Shown: positions 1 through 13,214, counted from the stretch's first letter. The stretch is DNA of 64,000 nt from Pristiophorus japonicus (GCF_044704955.1 NW_027252026.1:124001-188000), one strand, 5' to 3'. Numbers and translations: made by a program. The notes: a model not told the origin generated them from the letters alone.

Positions 1-1063
1 TTGTCAAAAGCCTTTTGAAAATCCAAATACACCACATCCACTGATTCTCCCTTGTCCACTCTACTAACTACATCCTCAAAAAATTCCAGAAGATTTGTCA
101 AGCATGATTTCCCCTTCATAAATCCAAGCTGACTTGGACCGATCCTGTCACTGCTTTCCAAATGTGCTGCTATTTCATCCTTAATAATTGATTCCAACAT
201 TTTCCCCACGACTGATGTCAGGCTAACCGGTCTATAATTACCCATTTTCTCTCGCCCTCCATTTTTAAAAAGTGGTGTTACATTAGCTACCCTCCAGTCC
301 ACAGGAACTTATCCAGAGTTGATAGACTGTTGGAAAATGATTACCAATGCATCCACTATTTCTAGGGCCACTTCCTTAAGTACTCTGGGATGCAGACTAT
401 CTGGCCCCGGGGATTTATCGGCCTTCAATCCCATCAATTTCCCTAACACAATTTCCCACCTAATAAGGATATCCTTCAGTTCCTCCTCTCACTTGACCCT
501 CGGTCCCCTAGTACTTTTGGAAGGTTATTTGTATCTTCCTTCGTGAAGACTGAACCAAAGTATTTGTTCAATTGGTCTGCCATTTGTTTGTTCCCCATTA
601 TAAATTCACCTGAATCCGACTGCAAGGGAGCTACGTTTGTCTTCACTAATCTTTTTCACTTCACATATTTATAGAAGCTTTTGCAGTCAGTTTTTATGTT
701 CCCGGCAAGCTTCTTCTCATACTCTATTTTCTCCCTCTTAATTAAACCCTTTGTCCTCCTCTGCTAAATTCTAAATTTCTCCCAGTCCTCAGGTTTGCTG
801 CTTTTTCTGGCCAATTTATATGCCTCTTCCTTGGATTTAACACTATCCTTAATTTCCCTTGTTAGCCAGGGTTGAGCCACCTTCCCCATTTTATTCTTAC
901 TCCAGACAGGGATGTACAATTGCTGAAGTTCATCCATGTGATCTTTAAATGTTTGCCATTGCATATCCACTGTCAACCCTTTAAATATCATTTGCAAGTC
1001 TACTCTAGCCAATTCATGCTTCAAACCATCGAAGTTACCTTTCCTTAAGTTCAGGACCCTGGT
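1..1063 (-). mobile_element. CR1 LINE ORF2 fragment (degenerate)
   Basis: Minus-strand peptides RVLNLRKGNFDG...QPWLTREIKD; homologous to the CR1 copies at 50.5-52.7 kb and 57.3-58.7 kb. Confidence 0.9.
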
Positions 1064-1128
1064 TGTAAGTTCAGCAAGAGTGAGTTCTCTCGGAGAAGTG
1101 GGCAGCACTCCCACCTGAGTCGGAAGGC

Positions 1129-3425
1129 TAGAACATAACAAGAAATAGGAGCAGGAGCATGCCATACGGCCCCTCGAGCCTGCTCCGCCATTTAATATGA
1201 TCATGGCTGATCCAATCATGGACTCGGGTCCACTTACCTGCCCGCTCTCCATAACCCTTTATTCCCTTATCGGTTGAGAAACTGTCTCTGTTTTAAATTT
1301 ATTCAATGTCCCAGCTTCCACAGCTCTCTGAGGCAGCGATTTCCACAAATTTACAACCCTCTGAGAAAAGAAATTCCTCCTCATCTCAGTTTTAAATTGA
1401 CGGCCCCTTATTCTAAGATTATGCCCCCTAGTTCTAGTCTCACCTATTAGTGGAAACATCCTCTCTGTATCCACATTGTCAAGCCCCCTCATAATCTTAT
1501 ACGTTTCGATAAGATCACCTCTCATTCTTCTGAATTCCAATGAGTAGAGACCCAAACTACCCAACCTTTCGTCATAAGTTAACTCCCTCATCTCTGGAAT
1601 CAACCTAGTGAACCTTCTCTGAACTACCTCCAAAGCAAGTATATCCTTTCTTAAATATGGAAACCAACATTTTACACAATATTCTAGATGTGGCCTCACC
1701 AATACCCTGCATAACTGTAGCAAGACTTCCCTGCTTTTATACTCCATCCCCTTTGCAATAAAGGCTAAAATTCCATTGGCCTTCCTGATCACTTGCTGTA
1801 TCTGCATACTAACCTTTTGTGTTTCATGCACCAAGACCCCCAGGTCTCGCTGTACTGCAGCACTTTGTAATTTTTCTCCATTTAAATAATAACTTGCTCT
1901 TCGATTTTTTCTGCCAACGTGCATAACCTTACATTTTATACTCCATCTGTCAAATCTTTGCCCACTCACTTAGCCTATCTATGTCCTTTTGCAAGTTTTT
2001 TGTCCCTCCTCACACGTTGCTTTTCCTCCCATCTTTGTATCATCAGCAAACTTGGCTACGTTACACTCGGTCCCTTCATCCAAGTCGTTAATGTAGATTG
2101 TAAATAGTTAGGTTCCAGCACTAATCCCCACAGCACCCCACTAGTTATTGATTGCCAACTTGAGAATGAACCATTTATCCCGACTCTGTGTTCTCTGTTA
2201 GTTAGCCAATCACTTTGTTCACAGTAATTGTAGCAGCACTTGTGTGCTGAGAGATTTGCATCGTATCGTCACTTGTGGCAATGAATGCCTGGGTTATCGC
2301 TATGGCCTTGGTCAAGGTTGGTGTCTCTACAGTCAAAAATTTGAGAAGTATGGTTTTGTGGACAATGCCAAGTACGAAAAAGTCTCGGAGTATGTGCTCC
2401 AAATGTCCTTCAAATTTGCAATGCACTTAGCTCGGCGACATAACTTGCCATTTCCTGGCCTTCAGACCTTTTGTAGGTGTAGAACCGGTACCTCGCCATC
2501 AGAATGCCTTCCATCAGGTTAAAATGCTCTCGGACCAGTGTGCACAAATCGTCGTACAATTTCTCCGTGGGTTTCGCTGGAGTGAGCAGATTCTTCATGA
2601 GGCTATACGTTGGTGCCCCACAGACGGTGAGGAGGATTGCCCTTCATTTGGCAGTGCTCTCTTTCCCATCCAGCTCGTTAGCCACGAAGTATTGGTCGAG
2701 TTGCTCCACAAAAGTTTCCCAATCATCTCCCTCCGAAAATGTCTTCAGGATGCCCACTGTTCTCTGCATCTTTGGATTTGTTATCTGTATCTCGTTGCCA
2801 GTTATTGTGTATGGAGAAAGAGTCAGACTGAACACTGTGAGCTCAAAGTAAAGTGTAACCTTAGTCTTTTATTGCAGGTCTCCAGAGTGCCTCTCCAACC
2901 TGTGAAACCTCCTTAAATACCTGTCCTCCCAAGGGATTATGCAATCCCTTGGGACTCCCGGGGATGAGCCCTCTGGTGGCTGTACAGAGTAAATACAAGT
3001 CCACATATATAACAACTTTCCTTTCATAAATCCATGCTGACTCTGCCTGACTGAATTCTGCTTTTTTAAATGTTCTGCTACTGCTTCTTTAATAATGGAA
3101 TCCAACATTTTCCCAACCACAGATGTCAGGCTAACTAGTCTATAGTTTCCTGCTTTTTTTCTGCCTCCTTTTTTAAATAGGGGTGTTACAATTGCAGTTT
3201 TTCAATCTGCTGGGACCTCCCTAGAATCCAAGGAATTTTGGTAAATTACAACCAATGCATCCACTAATCCACTAATCAGACCCTAGGATGCAAGCCATCA
3301 GGTCCAGGGGATTTCTACACCTTTTGTCCCATTATTTAATGAGTACCACCTCATTAGTGATTGTGATTGTGTTCCTCCTCCATTATAGCCCCTTGACTAT
3401 CCACTGTTGGGATATATTGTACTGT
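1129..3425 (-). mobile_element. CR1 LINE 3' portion, inserted in a SINE and interrupted by a Gypsy fragment
   Basis: ORF 1259-1969 encodes the CR1 C-terminus (LVRPHLEYC...RRMRGDLIETYKI...FFSQRVVNLW); 3' UTR and tail near 1129-1150. Confidence 0.9.
2209..3014 (-). mobile_element. Truncated Gypsy LTR retrotransposon (5' LTR 2803-3014, PBS, gag fragment)
   Basis: LTR similar to those at 6043, 9547, 18694 and 23028; PBS-like TGGCAACGAG at 2791-2800 (-); gag peptide FSEGDDWETFVEQLDQYFVANEL. Confidence 0.88.
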
Positions 3426-3429
3426 TGGG

Positions 3430-4235
3430 CTGTGGGTTCAAGTCCCACTCCAGAGACTTGAGCTCATAAATCTAGGCTGGCACTCCATTGCAGTGCTGAG
3501 GGAGTGCTGCAGTGTCGGAAGTGCCGTCTTTCGGGGGAGACATTAATCCGAGGTCCCGTCTGCTCTCGCAGATGGATGTAAAAGATCCCTTGGCACTATT
3601 TCGTAGAAGAGTTCGAAGAAGAAGGGTTAGCGCCCGTGTCCTGGGCCGATATTTATTCCTCAATCAACATTTGCCTCGATTTCAAAATTCTCATCCTTGT
3701 TTACAAATTCCTCCATAGCCTCGCCTCTCCCTATCTCTGTAATCTCCTCCAATGCCACAACCGCCCCCCCCCCCCTCGAGAATGTCTGTGCTCCTCATAT
3801 TCTGCCCTCTTGAGCATCCCTGATTATAATCGTTCAACCATCAGTGGCCATGCCTTCAGCTGCCTCGGCCCTAAGCTCTGGAATTTCTCCCTAAACCTCT
3901 CTGCTTCTCTTTCCTCCTTTGAGATGCTCCTTAAAACCTACCTCTTTGGCCAAGTTTTTGGTCATCTGCCCCATCTTACGTGGCTCGATGTCACATTTTT
4001 GTCTTATAACACTCCTGTGAAGTGCCTTGGGACATTTTACTACATTAAAAGGCGCTATATAGATACAAGTTGTTGTTGTAAAACAGATTATCTGGTCTTT
4101 ATCACAAAGCCGTTTGTGGGAGCTTGCAATTGGCTGCCGCCTTTCCTACATTACAACAGTGACTACACACCAGGCTGAAAAGCGTTTTGGGACGTCCTGA
4201 GGTTGTGAAAGGCACTATAGAAATGCAAGTCATTC
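3430..4235 (+). mobile_element. Deu-domain (SacSINE1-like) SINE interrupted by an L2 3' end (about 3672-4080); probable head fragment at about 1098-1128
   Basis: B-box GGTTCAAGTCC followed by GGAAGTGCCGTCTTTCGGGGGAGACATTAATCCGAGG; L2 peptide DFKILILVYKFLHSLASPYL and GGCGCTATATAGATACAAGTTGTTG tail. Confidence 0.75.
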
Positions 4236-4278
4236 TTACGTTAAGTTATATTTATTTACTTACCAATCACATTCCCAG

Positions 4279-4623
4279 GTGCAGTGGCGGAACTAGTACT
4301 GGTTCAGTCTCCGACAGTCTATAGCGTGAGAGAGCGTCAGACTGTGAGCTTACGCTGCACCATGAAGAAAGACAACGTCAGGCAAGTGGATGTTCACTGG
4401 TCCCAACAGCTCCCTGGTACACACAAGGAGATGATACTTCATTACACAAATAATACATTAAAAAAGTAGCGGGGTTTTGCTGACCATTTTCAGTCTTCCA
4501 GGGATGTCACCAGTATTAGCTTCATTCTGACCATCACAGGCGTGCAGCACAGAAACACCGCTGCCTATATCTGCAGTGTGTGGAGCCGTATCGATGGAGC
4601 AGGAACCCAGCTGAATGTCATCG
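4279..4623 (+). pseudogene. Germline-joined VJ-type Ig V-set exon V1 (phase 1-1) with in-frame stop
   Basis: Acceptor TTCCCAG|GT, donor G|GTATGT; GAVAELVLVQSP...VSLRCTM...VHWSQQLPG...KK*RGFADHF...FILTITGVQHRNTAAYICSVWSRIDGAGTQLNVI; TAG at 4467-4469; no RSS heptamer after the second Cys. Confidence 0.9.
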
Positions 4624-4778
4624 GTATGTAAATGTTAGCTATCACTCGCAGGTTCACAGGAACAGACCGCACTGGGACCTGTATCCGACCCACAGCAGGG
4701 CAGGGGGAAAGGATGGATTGTCCAAGATGGGAAGGGTTTTACTTTCACAAAGAAGTTGTTGGTTTAATAGAACAATAA

Positions 4779-4990
4779 TGTTGTGTATGAATAAAGAGTC
4801 TGACCAGATACTGAGAGCTCAAAGTAAAGTGTGACCGTAGTCTTTTATTACAGGCCTCCAGAGTGCCTCCCCAGCCTGTGAGGCCTCCTTAAGTACAGCT
4901 GCTCCCAAGGGCTTGTGGGATCCCTTGGGACTCCAGGGGATGGGCCCTCTAATAATTAAACAAGGTATTTACAGGTTTACATATATAACA
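4779..4990 (-). mobile_element. Gypsy solo LTR
   Basis: TGTT...AACA termini; similar to the LTRs at 6043 and 9547. Confidence 0.88.
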
Positions 4991-5589
4991 TAAGAAATTA
5001 AAATTCCAAAGACAGCCAAAGTCAGCTCCTGCCTGAATTCAAAAGCGACCCAACTGAAAGGGTGTGTGTGTTAATGTGGCATTTAAATAGGAGCCAGCAG
5101 TGGCTCCAAATGTGAATCATGTGTTCATCACAAGGGGAAATGCCAGGGTTGGGCTGTCCTGAGGATCTGCTAATGAGGCCAGCAGTTGGCACGTTAACGT
5201 TGACTTTAGCAACTCTGCAGTGGGGAAGGACAAGGCAGCCATGGTTCCCACACTAAATGACTAACCCATGGTCCCTGCCGGAAAGTGTGTGTGTGTGTGG
5301 ACACTGGCAGAGGACCAGGATCAGGCTTGGCGACAAGGCCTATAGAGTCAAGAGCCTGACAACACCCAGTGTCTGGGATTAGGTGAATAACGGGGAGAGG
5401 TTCTGGAAAGTGCGGCGCTCAGGATCAGAACTGAAAATGAAGCAAGGCAGCTCCTGCGCAGGTTTCCCGGGAGTCGGGTAATCCGGCAGTGAAAGGGAGG
5501 CGGGAGCGGCCCAATCCACAAGGTAAGTGCATGTTCCAGCACTGCTTCTGGGGCAAGAGGGGCAGGACTGCACCCCCCGCCATCACCTA

Positions 5590-5888
5590 CATCGATTGTA
5601 GCCTCTCCACCCCCGCCCAATCGTGTCCTCTCTCCCCCCCATCCCCCGCCCAATGGTGGCCTCTCTCTTTCTGCCCCCCACCCGATCGTGGCCTCCCTCT
5701 CTCTCTTTCACTCTCCCCCCCCCACCCAATCGTGGCCTCTCTCTCTTATCCCCCCATCGATCGCGGCCTCTCTCTCTCTCCCCCACCCAATCGTGGCTTC
5801 TCTCACTTCCCCACCACTGCCCGATCATGGCCTCTCTCTCTCCCCCACTCGTGGCCCCTCTCTCTCTCTCTCACACCGCCCAATCATG

Positions 5889-5919
<31 letters not shown>

Positions 5920-5938
5920 CCCACCCGCCCAATCGTGG

Positions 5939-5972
<34 letters not shown>

Positions 5973-6042
5973 GCCCGCCCAATCATGGCCTCTCTCTCCC
6001 CCACCCGTCCAATCGTGGTCTCTCTCTCACTCTCTCTCCCCC
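5590..6042. repeat. Minisatellite CCCACCCGCCCAATCGTGGCC(TC)n, left part
   Basis: Repeated CCAATC[GA]TGGCC followed by variable (TC)n; resumes at 9759-10230 after the Gypsy insertion. Confidence 0.9.
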
Positions 6043-9000
6043 TGTTATGAATGAATAAAGAGTCTGACTGGATACTGTGAACTCAAAGTAAAGTGTGACC
6101 TTAGACTTTTATTGCAGGTGTCCAGAGTGCCTCTCCAGCCTGGGAGGCCTCCTTAAGTACCTGTGCTCCCAAGGGATTGTGGGATCCCTTGAGACTCCAG
6201 AGGATGAGCCATATGGTGGCTGTACAAGGTATATACAAGGTTACATATATAACAACACTCCCCACAAAGTCAACAGTGTAACTATTTACAAGGTGAGTCG
6301 ATCTGGGGGCCTTCTTGCCGTGATTGATCGTCTCGGTACAAATGACGCTGGTATTGGTGAATTATCTGTTGGGCCGTCACTGGGCTACTGTGCAGCTGGC
6401 CTTGCTGAGCTGCCTAGTATGGTGAGTCCTGCTGGGCTGCTGTGGATGATGGGTTCTGCTTCGTGGCCAACCGCGGTGTCGGTTGGCACTGGTGTGTATG
6501 TTGGGGGGGGGGGGGGTCAAAGAAAGTAGGGTACAAAGTGGGTTGCTCAGTGAATCTGAGTTTGATTTGGTCCAAGTGTTTCCAGTGAATGAGTCCATTT
6601 GAAAGTTTGACCCGAAACACCCTGCTCTCTTTGGCCACAACAGTGCCAGGAATCTACTTGGGACCTTGTCCATAATTTAATACAAATGTAGGATCATTGA
6701 TTTCAATTTCGCGTGACACATTTGAGCTATCATAATATGTGCTTTGTTGAACAGGAAGAGAGCAGGCGGCTTCATGTAAATCAGGGTGAACTAACAAGAG
6801 CCTTGTCTTAAGTGCCCTTTTCATGAGCAGTTCAGCAGGTGGAATCCCAGTGAGCGAGTGGGGTCTCGGGCGGTAGCTAAGCAGGACTCAGGATAGGCGA
6901 GTCTGCAGTGAGCCTTCAGTTACCCTCTTCAAGCCCTGATTGATAGTTTGCACTGCTCTTTCTGCCTGACCATTGGATGCTAATTTGAACGGGGCAGATG
7001 TGACATGTTTGATCCCGTTGCGGGTCATGAATTCTTTGAATTCGGCACTGGTAAAACATGGCCCATTGTCGCTCACACGGACATTGGGTAGTCCGTGCGT
7101 GGCAAACATGGCCCGCAGGCTTTCAGTGGTGGCAGCGGACGTGCTTGCCAACATTATCTCACATTCAATCCATTTGGAGAACGCATCTGCAACCACAAGA
7201 AACATTTTACCCAAGAACGGGCCTGCATAGTTGACATAGATCCTAGACCACGGTTTGGAGGGCTAAGACCATAAACTTAGTGACGCCTCCCTGGGTGCAT
7301 TGTTCAACTGCAAGCATGTGTTACATCTGTGCATGCAGGACTCTAAGTCCGCATCGATACCGGGCCACCACACGTGGGATCTGGATATCACTTTCATCAT
7401 TGCGATGCCTGGGTGGATGCTGTGGAGGTCACTAATGAAGGTATCTCTGCCCTTCTTGGGGACCACTACTCGATTGCCCCACAGAAGGCAGCCTGCCTGT
7501 ATAGACATTTCATATTTGTGCTACTGGTACAGCTTTATCTGTTCCTGCATTTCCACTGGGATACTGGACCAGCTCCCGTGCAGCACACAGTTTTTAACTA
7601 GGGCAAGTAAGGGTTCCTGGCTTGTCCAAGTTCTAATCTGTTGGGCTGTGACAGGTGATTGCTCACTCTCAAATGCTTCCATTACGATGACTAAATCTGC
7701 GGGTTGTGCCATTTCCACCCCCGTGGTGGGCAATGGCAGCCTACTGAGAGCATGGGCAGAGTTTTCTGTGCCTGGTCTGTGGCGGATGGCATCTGTTATA
7801 AATGAAGAGACCTTTGTGTGTGTTAATGCAGGTGAGGCCCTTCGATGATTCCTCCAGCTCCTGCGTCATGTAGGCCAAGGTCAAGTCCAGATTCGTGAAC
7901 ATCTTTCCTCCCACCTGCGTGGCAAAAAGCCGTCGGACTTTGGTAGTGGGTATTGATTCTGCAGGGAGAAACGATTGATAGTTACTTTGTAATCACCACA
8001 GATTCTGACTGTGCCATCTCACTTGAGGATTGGAACGATCGGACTGGCCCACTCATTGAATTCGATCAGCGATATGATGCTGCTGGCCTAGCTCGATCTC
8101 TACCCTTTTTCTCATCATGTACGGTACTGCTCTTCCCTTGTAATGGATGGGTCACACCCCTGGAATTAGATGGATCTGCATTTCTGCTCCTTGGAACTTC
8201 CCGATGCTTGGTTTGAACAGTGAAGGGAACTTGTTTAAGACCTGGACACACGAAGTGTCGTCAGCGGGCAAGAGCACGCGGACGTCGTCCCAGTTCCAGC
8301 GTATCTTTCCCAGCCAGCTCCTGCCAAGCAGCGTGGGACCATCGCCCGGTACCACCCAGAGTAGTAGCTTGTGCACCGCTCCATCGTAGGAGACTTTTAC
8401 AGTAACACTGCCGACTATGGGAATCATTTCCTTTGTGTAAGGTCTCAGTTTTGTGAGGATTGGAGTCAAGACTGGCCTTGAGGCCTTGCTGCACCATAAT
8501 TTATCAAAAGTGTTTTTGCTCATAATGGGCTGGCTCGCACCCGTGTCCAGCTCCATTGACACCGGGAGTTCATTTAGTTCAACCTTCAGCATTATCGGGG
8601 GACACTTTGTGCTAAATGTGTTCACCCCATATACCTCTGCCTCCTCAGTCTGAGGCTCTGGTTCGTGATGATTTGCCGTGGATCTGTTCATCCTCTGCTA
8701 CATGGTGGTTTGCAGGATTAACAGGATTTGCAACTCGCCTGCACATACATTGGAGGTGTCCCATTGTTCCACAGCCCTTGCAAACGTACCCTTTGAAGCA
8801 GCATGAATGGAAATGATGCAGCGCCAACAAGGTGTTAATGGCCTTACATTCATCACCCTTGATGGTGGACTCTGAGACATCTGCGGACGTGCAGCTGCAG
8901 GCGTGTGGAGCCTGCCCTGTACGTTGCGATGTGAAAACAACATCACTTTGTTCACAGTACTTGTAGCAGCACTTGTGTGCTGAGAGATTTGCTCAGTATT

Positions 9001-9758
9001 GTCACTGGTGGCAATGAACGCCGGGGCTATTGCTATGGCCTTACTCAAGGTTGGGGTCTACACAGTCAAAAGTTTGTGAAGTATCATTTCATGGCCAATG
9101 CCAAGTACGAAAAAGTCTCTGAGCATGTGCTCCAAATGTCCTTCAAATTCGCAATGTCCTGCAAGGGCGTCTTAGCTCAGCGATATAACTCACCACTTCC
9201 TGCCTTCAGAACTTTTGTAGGTGTAGAACCGGTACCTCGCCATCAAAACGCTTTCCTTTGGGTTCAGATGCTCCCAGCCAAGTGTGCATAAATCATTGTA
9301 CGATTTCTCTCTGGGTTTCGCTGGAGCAAGCAGATTTTTCATGAGGCCATATGTTGGTGCCCCGCAGACGGTGAGGAGAATTGCCCTTCGTTTGGCAGTG
9401 TTCGCTTATCCTTCCAGCTCGTTGGCCACGAAGTATTGGTCGAGTCGCTCCTGGAAGACTTCCCAATCATTTCCCTCCAAAAATTTCTCCAGGATTGCCA
9501 CTGTTCTCTGCATCGTTGGGTTTGTCATCTGCATCTCGTCGCCAGTTGTTATGTATGAATAAAGAGTCTGACTGGATACTGTGAGCTAAAAGTAAAGTGT
9601 GACTTTAGTCTTTTATTGCAGGTCTCCAGAGTGCCTCTCCAGCCTGGGAGGCCTCCTTAAGTACCTGTGCTCCCAAGGGATTGTGGGATCCCTTGGGACT
9701 CCAGGGAATGAGCCCTCTGGTGGCGGTACAAGATATATACAAGGTTACAAATATAACA
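6043..9758 (-). mobile_element. Gypsy LTR retrotransposon with both LTRs (6043-6254, 9547-9758); internal RT/RNase H deletion
   Basis: PBS TGGCGACGAG (tRNA-Ser-GCT type) adjacent to the 5' LTR; protease ELDTGA; integrase VDYAGP, SDNG and NGQAER motifs; flanks CCCCC/CCCCA. Confidence 0.95.
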
Positions 9759-10230
9759 CCCCACACCCGCCCAATCATGGCCTCTCTCTCTCTCTCTCTC
9801 TCCCCGCCGCCCGCCCAGTCATGGCCGCTCTCTCCCCCACCCGCCCAATCGTAGCCTCTCTCTCTCTCTCTCTCACTCTCTCCTGCCCGACCAATCGTGC
9901 CCTCTCTCCCCGTCCACCTACCCAATCTTGGTCTCTCTCTCTCTCTCCCCCCCACCCTCCCAATTATGGCCTCCCTCTCTCTCCCCCAGCCGCCCAATCG
10001 TGGCCTCCCTCTCTCTCCCGCAGCTGCCCAATCATAGCCTCCCTCTCTCTTCCCCCACCCGCCCAATCATGGCCTCTCTCTCCCCCACCCGCCCATTCAT
10101 GGCCTCCCTCTCTCCCCCACCTGCCCAATCATGGCCTCTCTCTCCCCCACCCACACAATCGTGGCCTCTCTCTCTCCCCCAGCCACACAATCGTGGCTTC
10201 CCTCTCTCTCTCCCCCACTATCAATCTCCG
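9759..10230. repeat. Minisatellite CCCACCCGCCCAATC[GA]TGGCC(TC)n, right part
   Basis: Same unit as 5590-6042. Confidence 0.9.
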
Positions 10231-10245
10231 ATTACATCCTTCCTT

Positions 10246-11063
10246 CCTGAGGGAGTGCTGCACTATCAGAGGGGCAGTACTGAGGGAGCGCTATACTGTC
10301 GGAGGGGCAGTACTGAGGGAGTGCTGCACTGTCGGAGGGACAGTACTGAGGGAGCGCTGCACTGTCGGAGGGGCAGCACTGTGTGAGCGCCGCACTGTCG
10401 GAGGGGCAGCACTGAGGGAGCGCCGCATTATCGGAGGGGCAGTATTGAGGGAATGCTGCACTGTCGGAGGGGCAGTACCGAGGGAGCACCGCACTGTCAG
10501 AGGGGCAATACCGAGGGAGCGCTGCACTGTCGGAGGGGCAGTTCTGAGGGAGTACGGCACTGTCGGGGGAGCAGCTGAGGGAGAAAGGCACTGTCCGAGG
10601 GTCAGTACTGAGGGACGCTGCATTGTTGGAAGGGCAGTACTGTGGGAGCGCTACACTGTCGGAGGGGCAGTAGTGAGGGAGCGCTGCACTGTTGGGAGGG
10701 CAGTACTGAGGGAGTATGGCACTGTCAGAGGGGAAATACTGAGGGAACGCTGCACTCTCAGAGGGGAGCTACTGAGGGAGTATGGCACTGTCGGAGGGGC
10801 AGTACTGAGGGAGCACTGTACTGTTGGAAGGGCAGCACTGAGGGAGTGCTACACTGTCGGATGGGCAGTACTGAGAGAGTGCTGCATAGTCGGAGGTGCA
10901 GTACTGAGGGAGCGCTGCACTGTCGGAGGGGCAATACTGAGGGAGTATGGCACTGTCAGAGGGGCAGTACTGAGCGAGTGCTGCAATGTCGGAGGGGCAG
11001 TACTGAGGGAGTATGGCACTGTTGGAGGGGCAGTACTGAAGGAGTGCTGCACTGTCGGAGGTG
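10246..11063 (+). repeat. 33-bp minisatellite (about 25 units) derived from an internal SINE segment
   Basis: Unit CAGTACTGAGGGAGCGCTGCACTGTCGGAGGGG; continues at about 11061 into GTGCCGTCTTTCAGATGA as in the SINE at 3491-3540. Confidence 0.92.
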
Positions 11064-12017
11064 CCGTCTTTCAGATGAACATTAAACTGAGGCCCCGCCT
11101 GCCATCTCAGGCCGACTTAATAGAACCTACGGCCACTCCTTATTCCTACATTCCTTGTCCATTTTTTTTCCTTTCTGTTTCCTTATCTTGTTCTTTCATT
11201 GCCCGCCCCCCCACATGATGTGAATTTAAATCCTACACCACAGCACTGGTTCCTCTTCCAGCGAGGAAGAGGATTGTAAATTCAATGCGCCAATTGATAG
11301 GCCACAAATGTTACCTGCCAAATGTCAACCCAAGCCTAGATGTAGTCCAGGGTCTGCTGTGGAAATCACAAGTGAACAGCCCCACTTCTGACATTATGAT
11401 GGAGGGAAATTCATTGATGAAGCAGCTGCAGATGGTTGGGACAAAGGAACGAAGCATAATGTCCCAGGGCTGAAATGATTGTCCTCTGACAACCAAAACA
11501 TCTTCCTGTGTGTTAGGTATGGCCTCAGCTACAGGCCATTTACCTAATTTTGTTGAGGCTCTTTGGTGCCATACAGATTGGAAAGCTGCCTTGTGTCCAT
11601 GTTTGCATCAAGGCTGTTATGACATCTGGAGCTGAATGGCTGAAGTGGAAACTCAACGGAAAGAGAGGTGGCTATTAATGAGTAGGTGTCGCTTGATGGC
11701 ACTACAGATGAATCCTTCTATCACTACTGATTGGAAGGAGACTGTCCAGTACAGTAACCGCTAGGCTAATGGTTATGGGACTGGACTAGCAACCCGTCAT
11801 GAGTTCAAATCTCCCAATGGTGCCAACAGTTCAATACAAGCTCTGCATTAAAAGGTTTCTCTTCTCATGAATTAGTAATTAACTAACTCTACGAGTTAAT
11901 TATTGGAATTGATTTTGCTGAACAATGCAATATTGTGCTTTGCATTTAAGCACGAAGGACACCTCCCCATCTGTCGATGGTCTTCAAGCTATTTCTATCT
12001 TTCATTTCCCCTTAAAG

Positions 12018-12343
12018 GAGTAGTTATCCAGTCTCCGGGCCTGGAACGTGTCACAGAGGGTCACACGGCGCGGTTACAGTGCACCATGCGGCACTCCAGA
12101 GTGAGTGACACCGAAGTCCACTGGTACCGGCAACTACCGGGGCAAGATATGGAGTGGGTTTTAACACATGAGGCAAGTGGCAGCACACGAGGGAGCCCAG
12201 GTTCCACTGACCGTCTCCAGCCTTCCAGAGACACCTCCAATAACAGCTTCATTCTGACAGTCACAAATGTGCAGCCCAGTGACACTGCCGCCTATTACTG
12301 TAAAGTGTGGGGAGATATCAGTGGGAGCAGCTCAATGTAACCA
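12018..12343 (+). pseudogene. Germline-joined VJ-type Ig V-set exon V2 with a 7-bp frameshifting deletion in the G strand
   Basis: Acceptor CCCCTTAAAG|GA, donor A|GTAAGT; VVIQSPGLERVTEGHTARLQCTM...VHWYRQLPG...DTAAYYCKVWGDISGS; lacks GGAACCC relative to V3, giving TAA at 12338-12340. Confidence 0.92.
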
Positions 12344-12485
12344 GTAAGTACAGTTCACATTGTAATAATATTATATCTGCGTCTGACATCACCTTGTGGA
12401 TCAGGGCTGGTAAAGGTCCAATATTTGATGGCAAATACCTTATTCTGTTAGTCCAGTCCCTTACATGTCCCTCTCACTTTCACAG

Positions 12486-12620
12486 ATCCTAACGTGCAAA
12501 TGGATGAAGACCTGAGGATTGTCTGGATCAGTGTGGGGGCTGTGCTGGCACTTACTCTCATTGCTGGAGTTGCTCTTGTCTTCTGTATCAGACAGGCATG
12601 GTTCGGGAAACTGCAATCCT
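12486..12620 (+). CDS. Transmembrane exon of the + strand IgSF receptor (phase 1-1)
   Basis: Acceptor CTCTCACTTTCACAG, donor T|GTACGT; 135 nt open; PNVQMDEDLR-IVWISVGAVLALTLIAGVALVFCI-RQAWFGKLQS with an uncharged 24-aa hydrophobic span. Confidence 0.88.
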
Positions 12621-12691
12621 GTACGTTTAAATAAATATTTCACGGTAACTACCACATCTGGATCAGCTGCCCATAGTCATTGAAGGGATAA

Positions 12692-12915
12692 GAACAGAAA
12701 ATACTGGAAATACTCTGCAGATCAGCAGCAACTGTGCAGCGAGAAACAGAGTTAACGTTTCAGGATGATGACCTTTTGTCAGAACTGGAAGGGGTTAGAG
12801 ATGGACAGTTTTTAAGCAAATACACAGCCAGGGAAAGATGGGCATTCATAGGTGCTGTGAGTATTTCCAGCGTTTTCTGTTTTTATTTCAGATTTCCAGC
12901 ATGCTTAGTATTTTT
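12692..12915. mobile_element. Penelope-like element terminal remnant with a degenerate hammerhead-like core
   Basis: Inverted AACAGAAAATACTGGAAATACTC / GAGTATTTCCAGCGTTTTCTGTT; minus strand CTGACAAAAGGTCATCATCCTGAAAC. Confidence 0.55.
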
Positions 12916-13140
12916 CTATTGTTTGAGTCATTGAAAGGTGAGAGTATTAGTGAATTCAAGAGGGAGCTGAGTAGATTCTTTTGGTGAAAGAAGTGTTTTG
13001 GGCTATGGACGACAGTACAGTTTGGGTTTTTGTGAACTTTGGGACCACCCAATGGACTGCAATGGCCTTTCCCCAACCTCCATGTTTGCGTGTTCCTATC
13101 TACACTCGGTGTTGGTGACATTCTGTGATTTCCTTTACAG

Positions 13141-13214
13141 CCCCGTCTGTCCACACTGCTACTACATTGCCAGCACGCGATTATAAAAATACCTCTCTTC
13201 CCGGACGCTCACAA
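13141..13214 (+). CDS. Cytoplasmic exon 1 (phase 1-0) with YKN motif
   Basis: Acceptor TTTCCTTTACAG, donor CAA|GTGAGT; open in the phase required by the TM exon: SPSVHTATTLPARDYKNTSLPGRSQ. Confidence 0.8.

Noticed and set aside
5590-10230. Repeat with variable spacers resembling a CRISPR array
   Set aside because: Spacers are only (TC)n and C-run length variants, the DNA is vertebrate, and there are no cas genes.
9599-11218. 539-aa ORF
   Set aside because: Runs through an LTR and two minisatellites; it stays open because of low complexity and the 33-bp period.
12750-12790. Active hammerhead ribozyme
   Set aside because: The core reads CTGACAA instead of CTGAnGA and the stem is mismatched; a degenerate Penelope-type remnant.
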